DNA from: Planctomycetota bacterium
GTDB lineage: Bacteria; Planctomycetota; Phycisphaerae; Phycisphaerales; SM1A02
Direction: 5' to 3'
DNA: 64,000 bases
Assembly: GCA_046080505.1 (NCBI GenBank)
Contig: JBJTUC010000037.1
Location: 11,708 to 75,707 of the forward strand
The notes beneath the pieces were generated by a model. It was not told where the DNA came from and ran no database searches. It saw only the letters and a program-made list of their open reading frames with translations. Positions 17,390 through 27,566 of the stretch are shown piece by piece; the first letter of the stretch is position 1, and every line of letters starts with the position of its first letter. The position numbers were made by a program, and so were the translations under genes.

Positions 17390-18948
17390 GGCTCCTGCTC
17401 CGTCTGTTCCGGCGTCATCGATTCCGGTGGAAGCGCTTCAATGGTACGCGGCGCAGCGATCACCTGCGGGGCTGGAGGAACGGCCGCCGCCAGCGCCACA
17501 TGTTGAACCGCGGGTGGCGCACCGGCGGATGGCATCGTGACGAACACTATGTTCGGCGACTTGGGCTGAACAGAGACGCTGCACAGCGGCTCACCTCCGG
17601 ATCGTCGCAGTTCGATCTGACCACTCTCTGGCGTTGCCACACGAAGGAGATCGACGCGCTTTGGCAGCTCACCCCAGCAGCGGAGATCGGCGGCTGTGGA
17701 TGCAGCCTGGTACGCAATCCCTGCGATCTGCACGATCAGCCCGACCGTGCTGTCGCTCTGTGCGGCCGCACTACTCGCTGCGTATGTTGCAGCCGCCTTC
17801 GTCGCTGAACTGATGATCTCTTGCGTCACAATGGTCGGCAGACGCGCATCGAACTCCGCTCGAACCATCGCATCGATGTCTGCGAGCGTCACAGACTGCA
17901 TGGCAACGCCCTGCGCCCCCGCGCCGCCCATGTCCGCCTCGATTGCACCGAGTGCATCATCCCGCACTTTGAAAACGGGAAACGCAGCGGACACATAGTT
18001 GACAGGTCCAACGGGAATCGGAATGTCGAGACGGAACTCGTCGTAGTAGGGTGCGAGCCCTGAGAGGAAGAACACCCATGTGACGGGCATCGTGCCAGCA
18101 GCTGGGCTCTCGTCGATCAGCGCGATATCGAGCGCCGCGGGCGCGAATCCGGGCACCATCTCCTCCACCGCACGCAGATCGGCGCGTGCGTTCTGGCGAT
18201 CACCGAGCTCCGTGGATGTCGACAGCAGAAAGACCGCTCGCAGATAACTCGTGAACGGGTTCGGCAGAACAGCCATCCCATTCTGTGCGGGCGGGTTCGC
18301 CTGACGCGCTCGCACTTGTGTAAGCGCACCCGCCGCCGCGGACTCACTCCATCCCTGCTTGCGCCACGCCTCATCAGCACCCGCCTGCTGCCGAGCGACC
18401 TCCTCCTGAAAACGACTCTTTGCATCCTGCTGAAAGTCTCGGGCACGATTCAACTTCAGTCGTGCAGAATCGAAGTCGCCGCGTTCAAGATCGTTGATGC
18501 TGTCGAGCGTGCACACCATGATCCGCTCGGGCGGCGTGCCGCGGTAAATCCGAAGGGTCTGATTGACGACCGTGGTCGCGACCGCTTCCGTCACCTTCGC
18601 TTCCGCTTTCTCGTCAAGATATGGCTTGATCTCGTCGAATGCTCGGCGATACCACAGATCACTGCGCTCCCATGAACCCGCAATCTGCGCCGTACGCGCT
18701 GCGGCCATGAAATAGATGAGTCGGTCCTGCTCATCTTTCTCAGCCTTTGCCGCCGCTTCGCAGGCCATGGCCTCCGCTTTTGGATAGTCCCCGGCGATGA
18801 GCGCGGCATCGATCTGCTTGGTGGTGCGCCGCAGTTCCTGCTGGCAGCCGACTTGCGCCACACCACTTCCAAACGCCATGCAGAGCAGCGCAGCACGGAC
18901 CGCGCATGACACCGAATGCTGATGACCGCTCGCTGCCGATGCGATCAT
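17386..18948 (-). CDS. COG3014-like envelope lipoprotein (function unknown)
   Basis: Candidate lipobox VAQVGC. IYRGTPPERIMVCTLDSINDLERGDFDSARLKLNRARDFQQ resembles the conserved COG3014 block. I chose the ATG at 18948 because it forms an ATGA overlap with the upstream stop. Confidence 0.5.
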   Translation of the reverse strand: MIASAASGHQHSVSCAVRAALLCMAFGSGVAQVGCQQELRRTTKQIDAALIAGDYPKAEAMACEAAAKAEKDEQDRLIYFMAAARTAQIAGSWERSDLWYRRAFDEIKPYLDEKAEAKVTEAVATTVVNQTLRIYRGTPPERIMVCTLDSINDLERGDFDSARLKLNRARDFQQDAKSRFQEEVARQQAGADEAWRKQGWSESAAAGALTQVRARQANPPAQNGMAVLPNPFTSYLRAVFLLSTSTELGDRQNARADLRAVEEMVPGFAPAALDIALIDESPAAGTMPVTWVFFLSGLAPYYDEFRLDIPIPVGPVNYVSAAFPVFKVRDDALGAIEADMGGAGAQGVAMQSVTLADIDAMVRAEFDARLPTIVTQEIISSATKAAATYAASSAAAQSDSTVGLIVQIAGIAYQAASTAADLRCWGELPKRVDLLRVATPESGQIELRRSGGEPLCSVSVQPKSPNIVFVTMPSAGAPPAVQHVALAAAVPPAPQVIAAPRTIEALPPESMTPEQTEQEP

Positions 18949-21191
18949 GGACCGAGCAGTTGCCACCAAATTGACTGTCCTCCAAGATTGAGATTTTGGA
19001 CGTTGCTCGTGTCGAGCCTGATGTTGCTGTTGTTTAGAAAATCCGCAACGGCCCTCACTTTGATGATCTCAGCCTCGCGCAGCACAGCGCCGTTCTTCAG
19101 GTCGTTGAAGAACACGGCATTGCGTTCCCAGTTGGCACGACCCTCTGGCGAGAACTGCATGGGAATCGACAGCGCGAGCCCAGCCTTCACATTCATCATG
19201 CGGTCGACCGGTTCCAAACCAGGGCGTTCAAGGCGAAGCCTGTGAAGTCCCGGACGAACGCGGATAGTCCCGGGGGTCTGCCCGACCACGATGCCATCCA
19301 CCATCACCGACACATTCATTGGCTCAAGTTTGTAGAGGTTTGGCACGATGGTGTAGTCACCATTCGCGCCGCGCACCGCATCGGGCACACTCAAGTCCGC
19401 AAGCACGGCGTTGATCTGCACGTCAACCTCCGCGGCCCCCTCGCTCGCCTGCCGCACGCTGTTGGATGCCACCGCCGCCGACAAAGCTGCGCCAATCTGG
19501 CTCGCGGCGTCCATCAAGAGCGGATTGATCGTGTCGAGCGTGGTGGCGACTTCCGGCGTGTCACGAACCGCGAGCCGCGCCGGCGCGGTACCCGATGCGA
19601 TGCTCCCGCCATTCGCGCCGTCAAGAATCTGATAGGTGGTGCGCAGATTCCACTCTCGGATGAGCGTCTTGGTACTGATCGTCGGATCATCGAACGCCCG
19701 CTCCGTCTTGTCATATGTGGTGATCGCCGCCGTCAGGAGATAGTCCGCACCCATGAGTGCAGCCAGCGCAGTCGCCGATGCGCGGTCTGACTGCAGTCGA
19801 TCAAAGAGCTGCGACTCGGGTGGAGCCGTACCAGCGTTCGCTCCCGATGCCGCGAATCGGTTGACAGCGTTCATCACATCCTCTCGGCGGATCAGTTCGA
19901 ACTGGCTCGTCGGAAGCGACGCAGCGATGTCGTCCTCAAAGACGCTGACCTTGTCCTCGGGAACGCAGAGCGGCCGCTGCTTCACGAAGATGGCGACCTT
20001 GCGAGGTGCAGTGGGTGCAGTGCCACCACCTACTGCGCCAACTCCTGAGCCCGCAGGAGTCGCACGCGCTGGCTGCGACTCGTTGCCCGCGGGCGGAGGC
20101 GTTCGACCAAGCGGTACTTCACCCGACGCAGCTGCACCTCCACCGCTCGCGCTGCCTGTGGCACGAGCGTTCGGGTCGACACCTGCAGGCAAACCCTGCG
20201 GACGAGCGCGCATGATCGAACCGCGGTCGATGCCGAGATCCTCGATCGCTTGTGCCGTCGAGACACGGCTTCCGGCATCGGTGACTCGCGCCCATCCGAT
20301 GTGCACTTCCTCCGAACCGAGCGACTGCCCCGTCTCGGGATCGACCATTTCTGCGCCCGGAGCGAGCACTTCCCAAATCTGTCCCGTCTCGACCCCTGAG
20401 TCCTTCGTCCGATTGAAGGTGATCTGCCCCATGGTGTAGCCGACCACTCGCGCCGGCATCAGGCTCTCGGAAATCGCGCGCGAAGCCGTGGTGGCAAACA
20501 GCGCCGTCACCTTGCCAATGAGCGCATTGGTCTTGCGCCCAGTCTGCTCAACGCCTCCGAGAATCTCGTCGAGAGCCGCCTCGCTCAGTGCCACGGATGT
20601 CGCGCGAAACAGAACGCCCGATGAAGTATCGAAGATGCGCACAGAACCCTGCAACTGAATGGTCCGACGCTCCGCATTCGAATCGCCAAACTGTCCCTTC
20701 AGCACGGTGCGCTCCACCACATCCTGAAAGTTCTCGATCGACACCGTCGCGAGATAGCGCGCGCCCGCAAGTTGCAGTTGCTTTGCAGTCTGCGGATCAA
20801 GCGTGTCAACATTCCCGCTCGCCGACAGGCTCTGCTCCCGAAGCACCGCGGGAAGGTCCGCGCGTGCCACGACATCGAAGCGCCCACCGGCACTGAGTGC
20901 GTTGATGAGTTGCGGGTCCGTGCCCTGCGTGATCTGCTCGAGGACATTGATCTGTCCATCCGCAGTGGCCTGCGTGAGCACTGCGCGCGTGACGGAAATG
21001 TCGCGCACCGCAATGCGCGGCTTGCCCGCGGCGGTGGTGCCTTGCGCTGATGCGATTGCCGCGCCGAAGAAAACGGCCGAGGCGGTCATCAGAGCGAGAG
21101 CGCCAGTCCACAGACAGGTCGATGGGCGAGCAGGAGAAGCTGAGGAAACGCCCGCGGATCGCCGCGAGCAACGGCGCACGAAAGTCATCAT
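18945..21191 (-). CDS. Secreted protein with two CsgG/LpoB-like modules and a C-terminal PEGA-like domain
   Basis: Signal peptide present. Two blocks end in ...AGARYLATVSIENF and ...MGADYLLTAAITTY (CsgG-type G-A-D-Y-L-x-x-x-I). The C-terminal VMVDGIVVGQTPGTIRVRPGLHRLRLERPG is PEGA-like. Confidence 0.55.
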   Translation of the reverse strand: MMTFVRRCSRRSAGVSSASPARPSTCLWTGALALMTASAVFFGAAIASAQGTTAAGKPRIAVRDISVTRAVLTQATADGQINVLEQITQGTDPQLINALSAGGRFDVVARADLPAVLREQSLSASGNVDTLDPQTAKQLQLAGARYLATVSIENFQDVVERTVLKGQFGDSNAERRTIQLQGSVRIFDTSSGVLFRATSVALSEAALDEILGGVEQTGRKTNALIGKVTALFATTASRAISESLMPARVVGYTMGQITFNRTKDSGVETGQIWEVLAPGAEMVDPETGQSLGSEEVHIGWARVTDAGSRVSTAQAIEDLGIDRGSIMRARPQGLPAGVDPNARATGSASGGGAAASGEVPLGRTPPPAGNESQPARATPAGSGVGAVGGGTAPTAPRKVAIFVKQRPLCVPEDKVSVFEDDIAASLPTSQFELIRREDVMNAVNRFAASGANAGTAPPESQLFDRLQSDRASATALAALMGADYLLTAAITTYDKTERAFDDPTISTKTLIREWNLRTTYQILDGANGGSIASGTAPARLAVRDTPEVATTLDTINPLLMDAASQIGAALSAAVASNSVRQASEGAAEVDVQINAVLADLSVPDAVRGANGDYTIVPNLYKLEPMNVSVMVDGIVVGQTPGTIRVRPGLHRLRLERPGLEPVDRMMNVKAGLALSIPMQFSPEGRANWERNAVFFNDLKNGAVLREAEIIKVRAVADFLNNSNIRLDTSNVQNLNLGGQSIWWQLLGP

Positions 21192-21265
21192 GGCAGACGG
21201 AATATCCGCTGCGACAGTCCGCAGCTTCCAATCAACCCGAGCGAATTCGCGCGATCAACCCTCGA

Positions 21266-22762
21266 TCACTGCGCCTGCGGTCGCCGAATCTGAAAGTGGT
21301 TCGGGTGCTCCTGCATGTACTTCAGCGCATCGCCCACCACATAGAAACTGCCCGTCACACACACCAGATCCTCGGGGGTCGCGGCACGAAGCGCCAACAT
21401 GATCGCTTCGCCCGCCGTGCGAGCCACTTGGCTCATCTTCCCGCTGCGTTCCTGGAAGAGCTTTTGCAACTCATGCGGATCCGCCGCGCGTGGATTGCCC
21501 GTCGCGCGCGTGAAGATCACCTTGTCTGCACCAAGGTTCAGGCGGTCGAGCATCTCGCCGACATCCTTGTCCTGGCAGCAGCCGAACACCGCCACCATGC
21601 TGTCGTAGGGAACATGTGCGCCCACGCAGCGCATCAGCGCGTTCAGGCTCGCGGGATTGTGCGCGCCGTCCACAAGCACGCGAGGACGCTCGCTCACGAG
21701 ATCCATGCGACCCACGATGCGCGTCTTCGCCAGTCCGGCCGTGACGAGGTGCTCGGGGCAGTCGAAACCCGCCGTGCGCGCCGCATCGATCGCCGCAAGC
21801 GCGAGCCCGCAGTTCGTCGCCTGATGCTCACCAGGCAGCGGCACCGGCAAATGCTCGATGCGCGTTTGTTTGGTGTAGAAGCACACGCGCGTGTGTGGCC
21901 CGAGTTCGGGTGATGTGCAGAAGCGACTTGAAAACTCGATGTCACGGTTCACGATGCGAAGCTCGGCGCCCGCGCGCTCCGCGACTTCAGTGAAGACACG
22001 GTTCACCTCGGGCTGCGCGTCAAAGACGATCGCCGGAACGCCGCGCTTGAAAATCCCCGCCTTCTCACGCGCGATCTTGCCGACGGTGTCGCCAAGAATC
22101 CGCGTGTGGTCGAGATCGATCGTTGTCACAACGCTCGCAATCGGCGTGATCACATTCGTGGAGTCGAGGCGTCCACCAAGCCCCACTTCGATGACGGCGA
22201 TGTCCACCGCCTCATTCGCAAAGTGCTTGAACGCCATCGCCGTGATCGCCTCGAAAAACGTTGGCTCCACCTTCGCGCGCGCAGCGGCCGATTGCACCTT
22301 CTTCGCCATCTCGACGAATGCGGGCTTCGAGATCATCTTGTGATCGACCGTGACCCGTTCGCGCACATCGATGAAGTGCGGGCTCGTGTAGACCCCGACG
22401 GTGTAGCCGCACTCCTGCAGCATGTGCGCGATCATTGCACAGGTCGATCCCTTGCCGACCGTGCCCGCCACATGAATCGTCTTCACCTCGTCCTGCGGAT
22501 CGCCGAGCGCTGTCAGCAGTGCCCGCATGCGATCCAACTTGAACGCGCCATCGTCGTAGCGCACGGAACGCATTCGCTCAATATCGGGCCGGTCCGCCAG
22601 CCAACGCAGTGCGGCTTGGTACCCATCGATGACCGTCTTCCGCGGTTTGGCGGTCTCGGCGGCCCGCGGCGGCGTCAGCGTTGCCGCGCCTCCCCCGCGT
22701 GGCTTACCCGCTTGTGCTGTTGCCTTGCGGACGGGACCCTTCGACGCTCGCTTGCTTGACAT
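21266..22762 (-). CDS. folC: Bifunctional folylpolyglutamate synthase / dihydrofolate synthase
   Basis: P-loop HVAGTVGKGST and Mur-ligase blocks. The ATG at 22762 is the only start codon upstream of the conserved YQAALRWL region. The N-terminal extension is basic. Confidence 0.9.
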   Translation of the reverse strand: MSSKRASKGPVRKATAQAGKPRGGGAATLTPPRAAETAKPRKTVIDGYQAALRWLADRPDIERMRSVRYDDGAFKLDRMRALLTALGDPQDEVKTIHVAGTVGKGSTCAMIAHMLQECGYTVGVYTSPHFIDVRERVTVDHKMISKPAFVEMAKKVQSAAARAKVEPTFFEAITAMAFKHFANEAVDIAVIEVGLGGRLDSTNVITPIASVVTTIDLDHTRILGDTVGKIAREKAGIFKRGVPAIVFDAQPEVNRVFTEVAERAGAELRIVNRDIEFSSRFCTSPELGPHTRVCFYTKQTRIEHLPVPLPGEHQATNCGLALAAIDAARTAGFDCPEHLVTAGLAKTRIVGRMDLVSERPRVLVDGAHNPASLNALMRCVGAHVPYDSMVAVFGCCQDKDVGEMLDRLNLGADKVIFTRATGNPRAADPHELQKLFQERSGKMSQVARTAGEAIMLALRAATPEDLVCVTGSFYVVGDALKYMQEHPNHFQIRRPQAQ

Positions 22763-22789
22763 GGGGTGGTGAGTGTAGTCCTCTCGCTC

Positions 22790-23575
22790 ATGAAGTCCAA
22801 ACACATCAAGGCGGCGCTGCAGCACGAGGCTTGGCGAACACTTCGCATCATGAGCGAGTTCGTGGACGCCACCGACACCATGGTCCGAGTGGGCCCGGCC
22901 GTCGCGGTGTTCGGCTCGGCGCGCACGCGACCCGAGCGTCCTGAGTACGTGCAAGCGATCGAGTGCGGAAAGCACCTGGTGCAGCGTGGCTTCGCCGTCA
23001 TCACGGGCGGCGGTCCGGGCATCATGGAAGCAGCCAACAAAGGTGCTCTCGATGGCGGCGGCGTCAGTGTGGGCCTGAACATCTCACTTCCATTCGAACA
23101 GAAGCCAAATCCCTTTCAGAGCGTCGAACTCACCTTCCGCTACTTCTTCGTCCGCAAGGTGATGTTCGTCAAGCACGCACGCGGGTTCATCATCTTTCCA
23201 GGCGGCTTTGGAACGATGGACGAACTGTTCGAATCGCTCACGCTGATCCAGACATTGAAGATCGTTCCCTTTCCCGTCGTGCTGGTCGGGACGGCGTTCT
23301 GGAAGCCGCTGCTCGACTGGATGCGCACAACGCTCGCCGAGGAGTTCGGCACGATCTCACGGGATGACTTTGAGCTCTTTCATGTCACCGACAACGTCGA
23401 GGAGGCCGTCAACATCGTTCATGAGGTTCACGCGGGCCGACGACTCTGGGCGCCCAAGTTGCCGCGCTTCGCATCTGATCCTGCTCCCACGGAAGAGGAA
23501 GGCATCCGTCCTGGCATCCATCCGCGCCGCCACTTCAAGGGCGATGCGTATCTCGGCGTCGACAACCTCGAGTGA
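22790..23575 (+). CDS. LOG family (TIGR00730) protein, cytokinin riboside 5'-monophosphate phosphoribohydrolase-like
   Basis: Contains AVAVFGSARTRP, ITGGGPGIMEAANKGA and PGGFGTMDELFE motifs. Confidence 0.88.
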   Translation: MKSKHIKAALQHEAWRTLRIMSEFVDATDTMVRVGPAVAVFGSARTRPERPEYVQAIECGKHLVQRGFAVITGGGPGIMEAANKGALDGGGVSVGLNISLPFEQKPNPFQSVELTFRYFFVRKVMFVKHARGFIIFPGGFGTMDELFESLTLIQTLKIVPFPVVLVGTAFWKPLLDWMRTTLAEEFGTISRDDFELFHVTDNVEEAVNIVHEVHAGRRLWAPKLPRFASDPAPTEEEGIRPGIHPRRHFKGDAYLGVDNLE

Positions 23576-23576
23576 A

Positions 23577-23600
23577 CGCTTCACGCGACACCGCGAAGCG
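23577..23600. terminator. Weak candidate hairpin in the convergent LOG/hrpB spacer
   Basis: CGCTTC...GAAGCG stem with an inner CG pair block. There is no U-tract. Confidence 0.2.
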
Positions 23601-23620
23601 GTCATCGCCCGCCGTCTCCG

Positions 23621-26182
23621 TCAGCGCCACTCGTGGCGTGGGTAACGACGGCGCAACTCCGAGCGCAACTGCGGATACAGCACACGCCAAAATGCAGATA
23701 GATCGCTCGTGATCTGCAGTGGGCGGCGGTGCGGCCCAAGAATCTCGAGCAGCACAGGAACGCGCCCCCCGCCTACGCATGGTGTCGTCTCGAGCCCGTA
23801 CAGATCTTGGATCTTCGCCGCCCCTCGAACGGGCTGCCCAGGCTCGTACTGCAGCCGCATACGGAAGCCACGCGGCAACACGATTTCGTTCGGCGCCATC
23901 TGCTGAATGAAACGGCGATCATCGTGGGACAGGGCGCCCTGAAGCACTTCCAACGACGGGCGTGCGCGCACTTCGCTCCACCGCGTGGCCCCTGCCGCCA
24001 ACTCCGCGAACAGGATTCGCAGGTCATCATCGCCGTACACATCGAGTCGCCGCTCTGGCACCAATGCCGACAACCAGCGAACTCTTGCAATCCACGGGAC
24101 GCTCCGCTCTTCCCAGTCATCTGGGCGCCGACCGTCCGCGATCATCTGTGCGGCGATCACATCGGCCGCCGCACCTGCCTCGCGCGGCGGACGCACGGTC
24201 GCATCGATCACCACGCCATCGAAGAGTCGTTCCTCTATCGACACAACTGCCTCACGCTCCGCATCCCAGCGCTCCGCATACTTGGTCGTGAAGCGCTGCG
24301 GCAGCGTCGACTCCACCCACGACAGATGCAGACCGTTCACCATCGAAAGCACCGTCTGCGCGGCGTCGCCTTCGCCGATCTGCCGTACATCGAAGGCGAG
24401 CAGCGGACCGGCGCCCTGATGCAGGCTTGAACGATCGATCGACACCTTGCGTCTCCCCCGCATCGACGCGTGCGCTCGCTGCGCATCCATGCGCCACCCG
24501 ACGCGGTCGGGGAAGCCAAGCATGAACGCCGCCGCAACTTCGGCGTCATCATCCTGAGGCACTCCGCCCCGCGACGACGCGACCTGCGCGCACGACTGCG
24601 CAGCCCGCTGCAAGTGCGCCGCCGCTCGCTCTAGCTCGCGCGCCGAAACCGCGTCCACGCGCCCGCGGCCCCCACGCTTCCATACCTGCCAGGCGCGTTC
24701 GCGCGCGGTCATGTCGCCAGGCAGATCGCCGCGCTCGAGCGCCCCGCGGAGCGCCGCCGCATCCTCACGCTCGAAGGGATCTCGCTCGGCCAGCAACGCA
24801 GCCCACCAGGACACGCGCGACGCTACGCCGCGCCGTGCACCCTCGAGCAGCGCTCGAGCAAGCCTCGGATGCGCGGGGATGCGCGCCATCGAGCGTCCAT
24901 CCGCAGTCAACGCACCATCCTCGCCAATGGCACCACATTGCCCCAACACATCCTCCGATCGCGCGAGCGAAGCGGGCGTTGGCGAATCGATCCACGGGAA
25001 CGCAGCGACATCATCGAGCCCTGCGGCACGAAGCGAAAGCACAGCCTCCGAAAGATCGATGCGGTGCACTTCAGGTGTCTCGAACGCGGCGCGACGCGCA
25101 TGCGAAGCGGCGCTCCAGAGCCGCACGCATGTGCCAGGCCCCGTGCGCCCCGCGCGGCCCGAGCGCTGCGCGGCGCTCGCTTGACTGATCGGCTCGATGC
25201 GAAGCGCGTTCAGGTCGCGCTGCATGTCGAAGCGGTGAATGCGCGCCAGACCACTGTCGACAACCCAGCGAATGCCAGGGATCGTGAGGCTCGTCTCCGC
25301 GATGTTCGTTGCAAGAATCACACGGCGCTTCGCACTCGGCGCAAAGACGCGGTCCTGCTCCTCGGGCTGTTGCCCACCATGCAGCGCAAGCACTTCCAAG
25401 TGCGCAGAGGAAGGCGACGCACGCATCGTCTCGAGTGTGCGCGCGATCTCGCCGCGACCAGGCAAGAACACCAGCCCATCGCCACCAAAGCGTTCCACTG
25501 CCTCGATCGCTTCCTGTGCCACACGCGCAGACGCATCCTCGCCGCCCTTCGTATCCGCGCGGTGCTCGATCGTCACGGGATGCAGTCGCCCCTCGATCTG
25601 CAGCGGATCGACTTCGAGTGAACGCGCCACACGCGCCGCATCGAGCGTCGCGCTCATCACCACGAGCGCGGGCGATCCACCACTGCCGCCGCTCGAAGTC
25701 TCTCCGCCCCGCACCAGCTGCCGCGCAAGCGACTGCGCGCGCAGCACCAGCCCCACCGAAAGATCCGACGAAAGCCCGCGTTCGTGGAACTCGTCGACGA
25801 TCACTGTGCCGATGCCATCGAGCCCGCCGCGTGCCGTCGCCATCCGCACGAACAGACCATCCGTCATGAACAAGATGCGTGTGCGCTCGCTTTCGTTCCG
25901 GTCGAAGCGCGTTCGCCAGCCAACCAGATCGCCCTCGCGCGAACCCATCTCATGCGCCACGCGCCGAGCCACCGCGCGCGCCGCCAATCGCCTCGGCTGC
26001 AACACAACGATCCGCCCCGCATCGGTGAACCCCGCACGCGCGAGCATTTGCGGCACCTGCGTCGTCTTCCCGGATCCGGTCTCGGCAACAAGCACAAGCC
26101 GCCGCGCCTCACGCAACTGGCGCACGATCCTGTCGGCATGCTGCAGCACCGGCAGCGCCGATACGAGCGAATCAGAAGGCAT
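23621..26182 (-). CDS. hrpB: ATP-dependent RNA helicase HrpB (DEAH box)
   Basis: Contains AETGSGKTTQVPQ, DEFHER, and HA2/OB plus HrpB C-terminal regions. The start is placed at MPSDSLVS, which gives an 11-nt overlap with the upstream gene. Confidence 0.9.
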   Translation of the reverse strand: MPSDSLVSALPVLQHADRIVRQLREARRLVLVAETGSGKTTQVPQMLARAGFTDAGRIVVLQPRRLAARAVARRVAHEMGSREGDLVGWRTRFDRNESERTRILFMTDGLFVRMATARGGLDGIGTVIVDEFHERGLSSDLSVGLVLRAQSLARQLVRGGETSSGGSGGSPALVVMSATLDAARVARSLEVDPLQIEGRLHPVTIEHRADTKGGEDASARVAQEAIEAVERFGGDGLVFLPGRGEIARTLETMRASPSSAHLEVLALHGGQQPEEQDRVFAPSAKRRVILATNIAETSLTIPGIRWVVDSGLARIHRFDMQRDLNALRIEPISQASAAQRSGRAGRTGPGTCVRLWSAASHARRAAFETPEVHRIDLSEAVLSLRAAGLDDVAAFPWIDSPTPASLARSEDVLGQCGAIGEDGALTADGRSMARIPAHPRLARALLEGARRGVASRVSWWAALLAERDPFEREDAAALRGALERGDLPGDMTARERAWQVWKRGGRGRVDAVSARELERAAAHLQRAAQSCAQVASSRGGVPQDDDAEVAAAFMLGFPDRVGWRMDAQRAHASMRGRRKVSIDRSSLHQGAGPLLAFDVRQIGEGDAAQTVLSMVNGLHLSWVESTLPQRFTTKYAERWDAEREAVVSIEERLFDGVVIDATVRPPREAGAAADVIAAQMIADGRRPDDWEERSVPWIARVRWLSALVPERRLDVYGDDDLRILFAELAAGATRWSEVRARPSLEVLQGALSHDDRRFIQQMAPNEIVLPRGFRMRLQYEPGQPVRGAAKIQDLYGLETTPCVGGGRVPVLLEILGPHRRPLQITSDLSAFWRVLYPQLRSELRRRYPRHEWR

Positions 26183-26876
26183 CCGAGTAGCGCTTGCGCA
26201 CGTCCTGCAGGAAGCGCGAAATCTGCCCCTGCTGCTTCGGCGACGCGGTGACTTCGACTTCACGCGTCCAGATGCTCATGAACCCAAGCGCGCCATCCTC
26301 GCTCAGCTTCGGCAGTTCACGGTCCTTCATGCGCTCCTCGCCACGCGATGAATCGCGGCGAATGCGCTCGACACGCTCCTTGTCGCTCACGTCGCGCTCC
26401 TTGCCCGTCGCGAGGCGTTCGCCCATCTTGCTCCACTCCACGACCCAACGGTCGATGTACGCATCGCGTTCGCCCGGCGCTGTATTGAAATAGCCGTCGG
26501 CACCCTGCCAGAGAATGTCGCGCGCAAGCACGCGGACATTTTGTGTCATCTGCTCGCGCACAGGACCCGTCACACCCGCCATGAACCCGGCCATCGCCGC
26601 GCTCTCGGCCGCTTCCATGCCGCGGAAACGATCCGTGAGTTCGCGGAGGAAACGCATCCGCTCTTCGAGCGGCAACTCGTTGAAGTCGTCCATCGCGAGA
26701 TAGCCGAGCACATCGTCCACCGGACTGTCGAAGATCGATGGCGGCGGCTTCCAACGAACGACTGCCCACCAATAGGCGCCGCCACCCACGAGCGCGAGCA
26801 GCAGCAACACGGCCATCCCGCGCACCATGGCGCCACGCCGCTCGTTCAGCCAGTCGATGAGATCACGAAGGTCCAT
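26172..26876 (-). CDS. Hypothetical membrane-anchored protein
   Basis: One N-terminal TM helix (MAVLLLLALVGGGAYWWAVV) and a charged C-terminal region. I recognised no family. Confidence 0.5.
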   Translation of the reverse strand: MDLRDLIDWLNERRGAMVRGMAVLLLLALVGGGAYWWAVVRWKPPPSIFDSPVDDVLGYLAMDDFNELPLEERMRFLRELTDRFRGMEAAESAAMAGFMAGVTGPVREQMTQNVRVLARDILWQGADGYFNTAPGERDAYIDRWVVEWSKMGERLATGKERDVSDKERVERIRRDSSRGEERMKDRELPKLSEDGALGFMSIWTREVEVTASPKQQGQISRFLQDVRKRYSDAF

Positions 26877-26915
26877 GCTGTATCTCGCCGCGGTGCAAAG
26901 GGTACCTGCACACGA

Positions 26916-27566
26916 TCACGGCTCCTCCGCTTCGAACTCCACCTTGATCGCGCGAGCGGATCCATCGAGGTACACGCCGTTTCGCGGAATCCGCGTGCCG
27001 CCCGTGTGGCGGTCTGCGCTGTCGAGCAGCAGCGGAAAGAGCCCATTGCTGTCCTCCTCAAGGAGCGCGAGCACCAACTTCGACTCCGTCTGCAGCCGAA
27101 GCTGCTCGCGCTGCACGGGCGACGAGTTCTGCGGCATCGCAAGCAGCACCTGCAGCACCTGAAACTGAATCTCAGGCGTGAAGCGAATCAGGCCTGGGAA
27201 ATAGGTGTAGCTCGTCCCCGTTTCGAGCGACTCGCTGTCGACATCGGATGGGCAGAACCATGTCGGGCTGTCGACTGCCAGAAACTTCGAAAGCAGGTTC
27301 GGCAGACCACCCTCGGTTCCGTCGGGCGTCACAACGGGCAGGAAGTCGCACATCGGCAGCAGACCCTTGTTCGCAGTCTGATACGACTGCATCGCGGAGT
27401 AATTCTGTCGAAGGTTGCTGAGGCAGCCAGTGTTCTGGCTCTCGCGCTGAATCATCTTGTAGGCAGGCACCGTGATGCCAACGAGCAAGACGATGATGCC
27501 AATCACCACCAACGCTTCCACGAGCGTGAAGGCTTTCGCAGAGAATGTCCGCTCGGGGCGCATCAC
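26916..27566 (-). CDS. Prepilin-type N-terminal cleavage/methylation domain protein (type II secretion pseudopilin-like, DUF1559-like)
   Basis: N-terminal AFTLVEALVVIGIIVLLVGITVPAY. The C-terminal part resembles the planctomycete DUF1559 family. The ATG overlaps the ftsY stop (ATGA). Confidence 0.8.
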   Translation of the reverse strand: MMRPERTFSAKAFTLVEALVVIGIIVLLVGITVPAYKMIQRESQNTGCLSNLRQNYSAMQSYQTANKGLLPMCDFLPVVTPDGTEGGLPNLLSKFLAVDSPTWFCPSDVDSESLETGTSYTYFPGLIRFTPEIQFQVLQVLLAMPQNSSPVQREQLRLQTESKLVLALLEEDSNGLFPLLLDSADRHTGGTRIPRNGVYLDGSARAIKVEFEAEEP

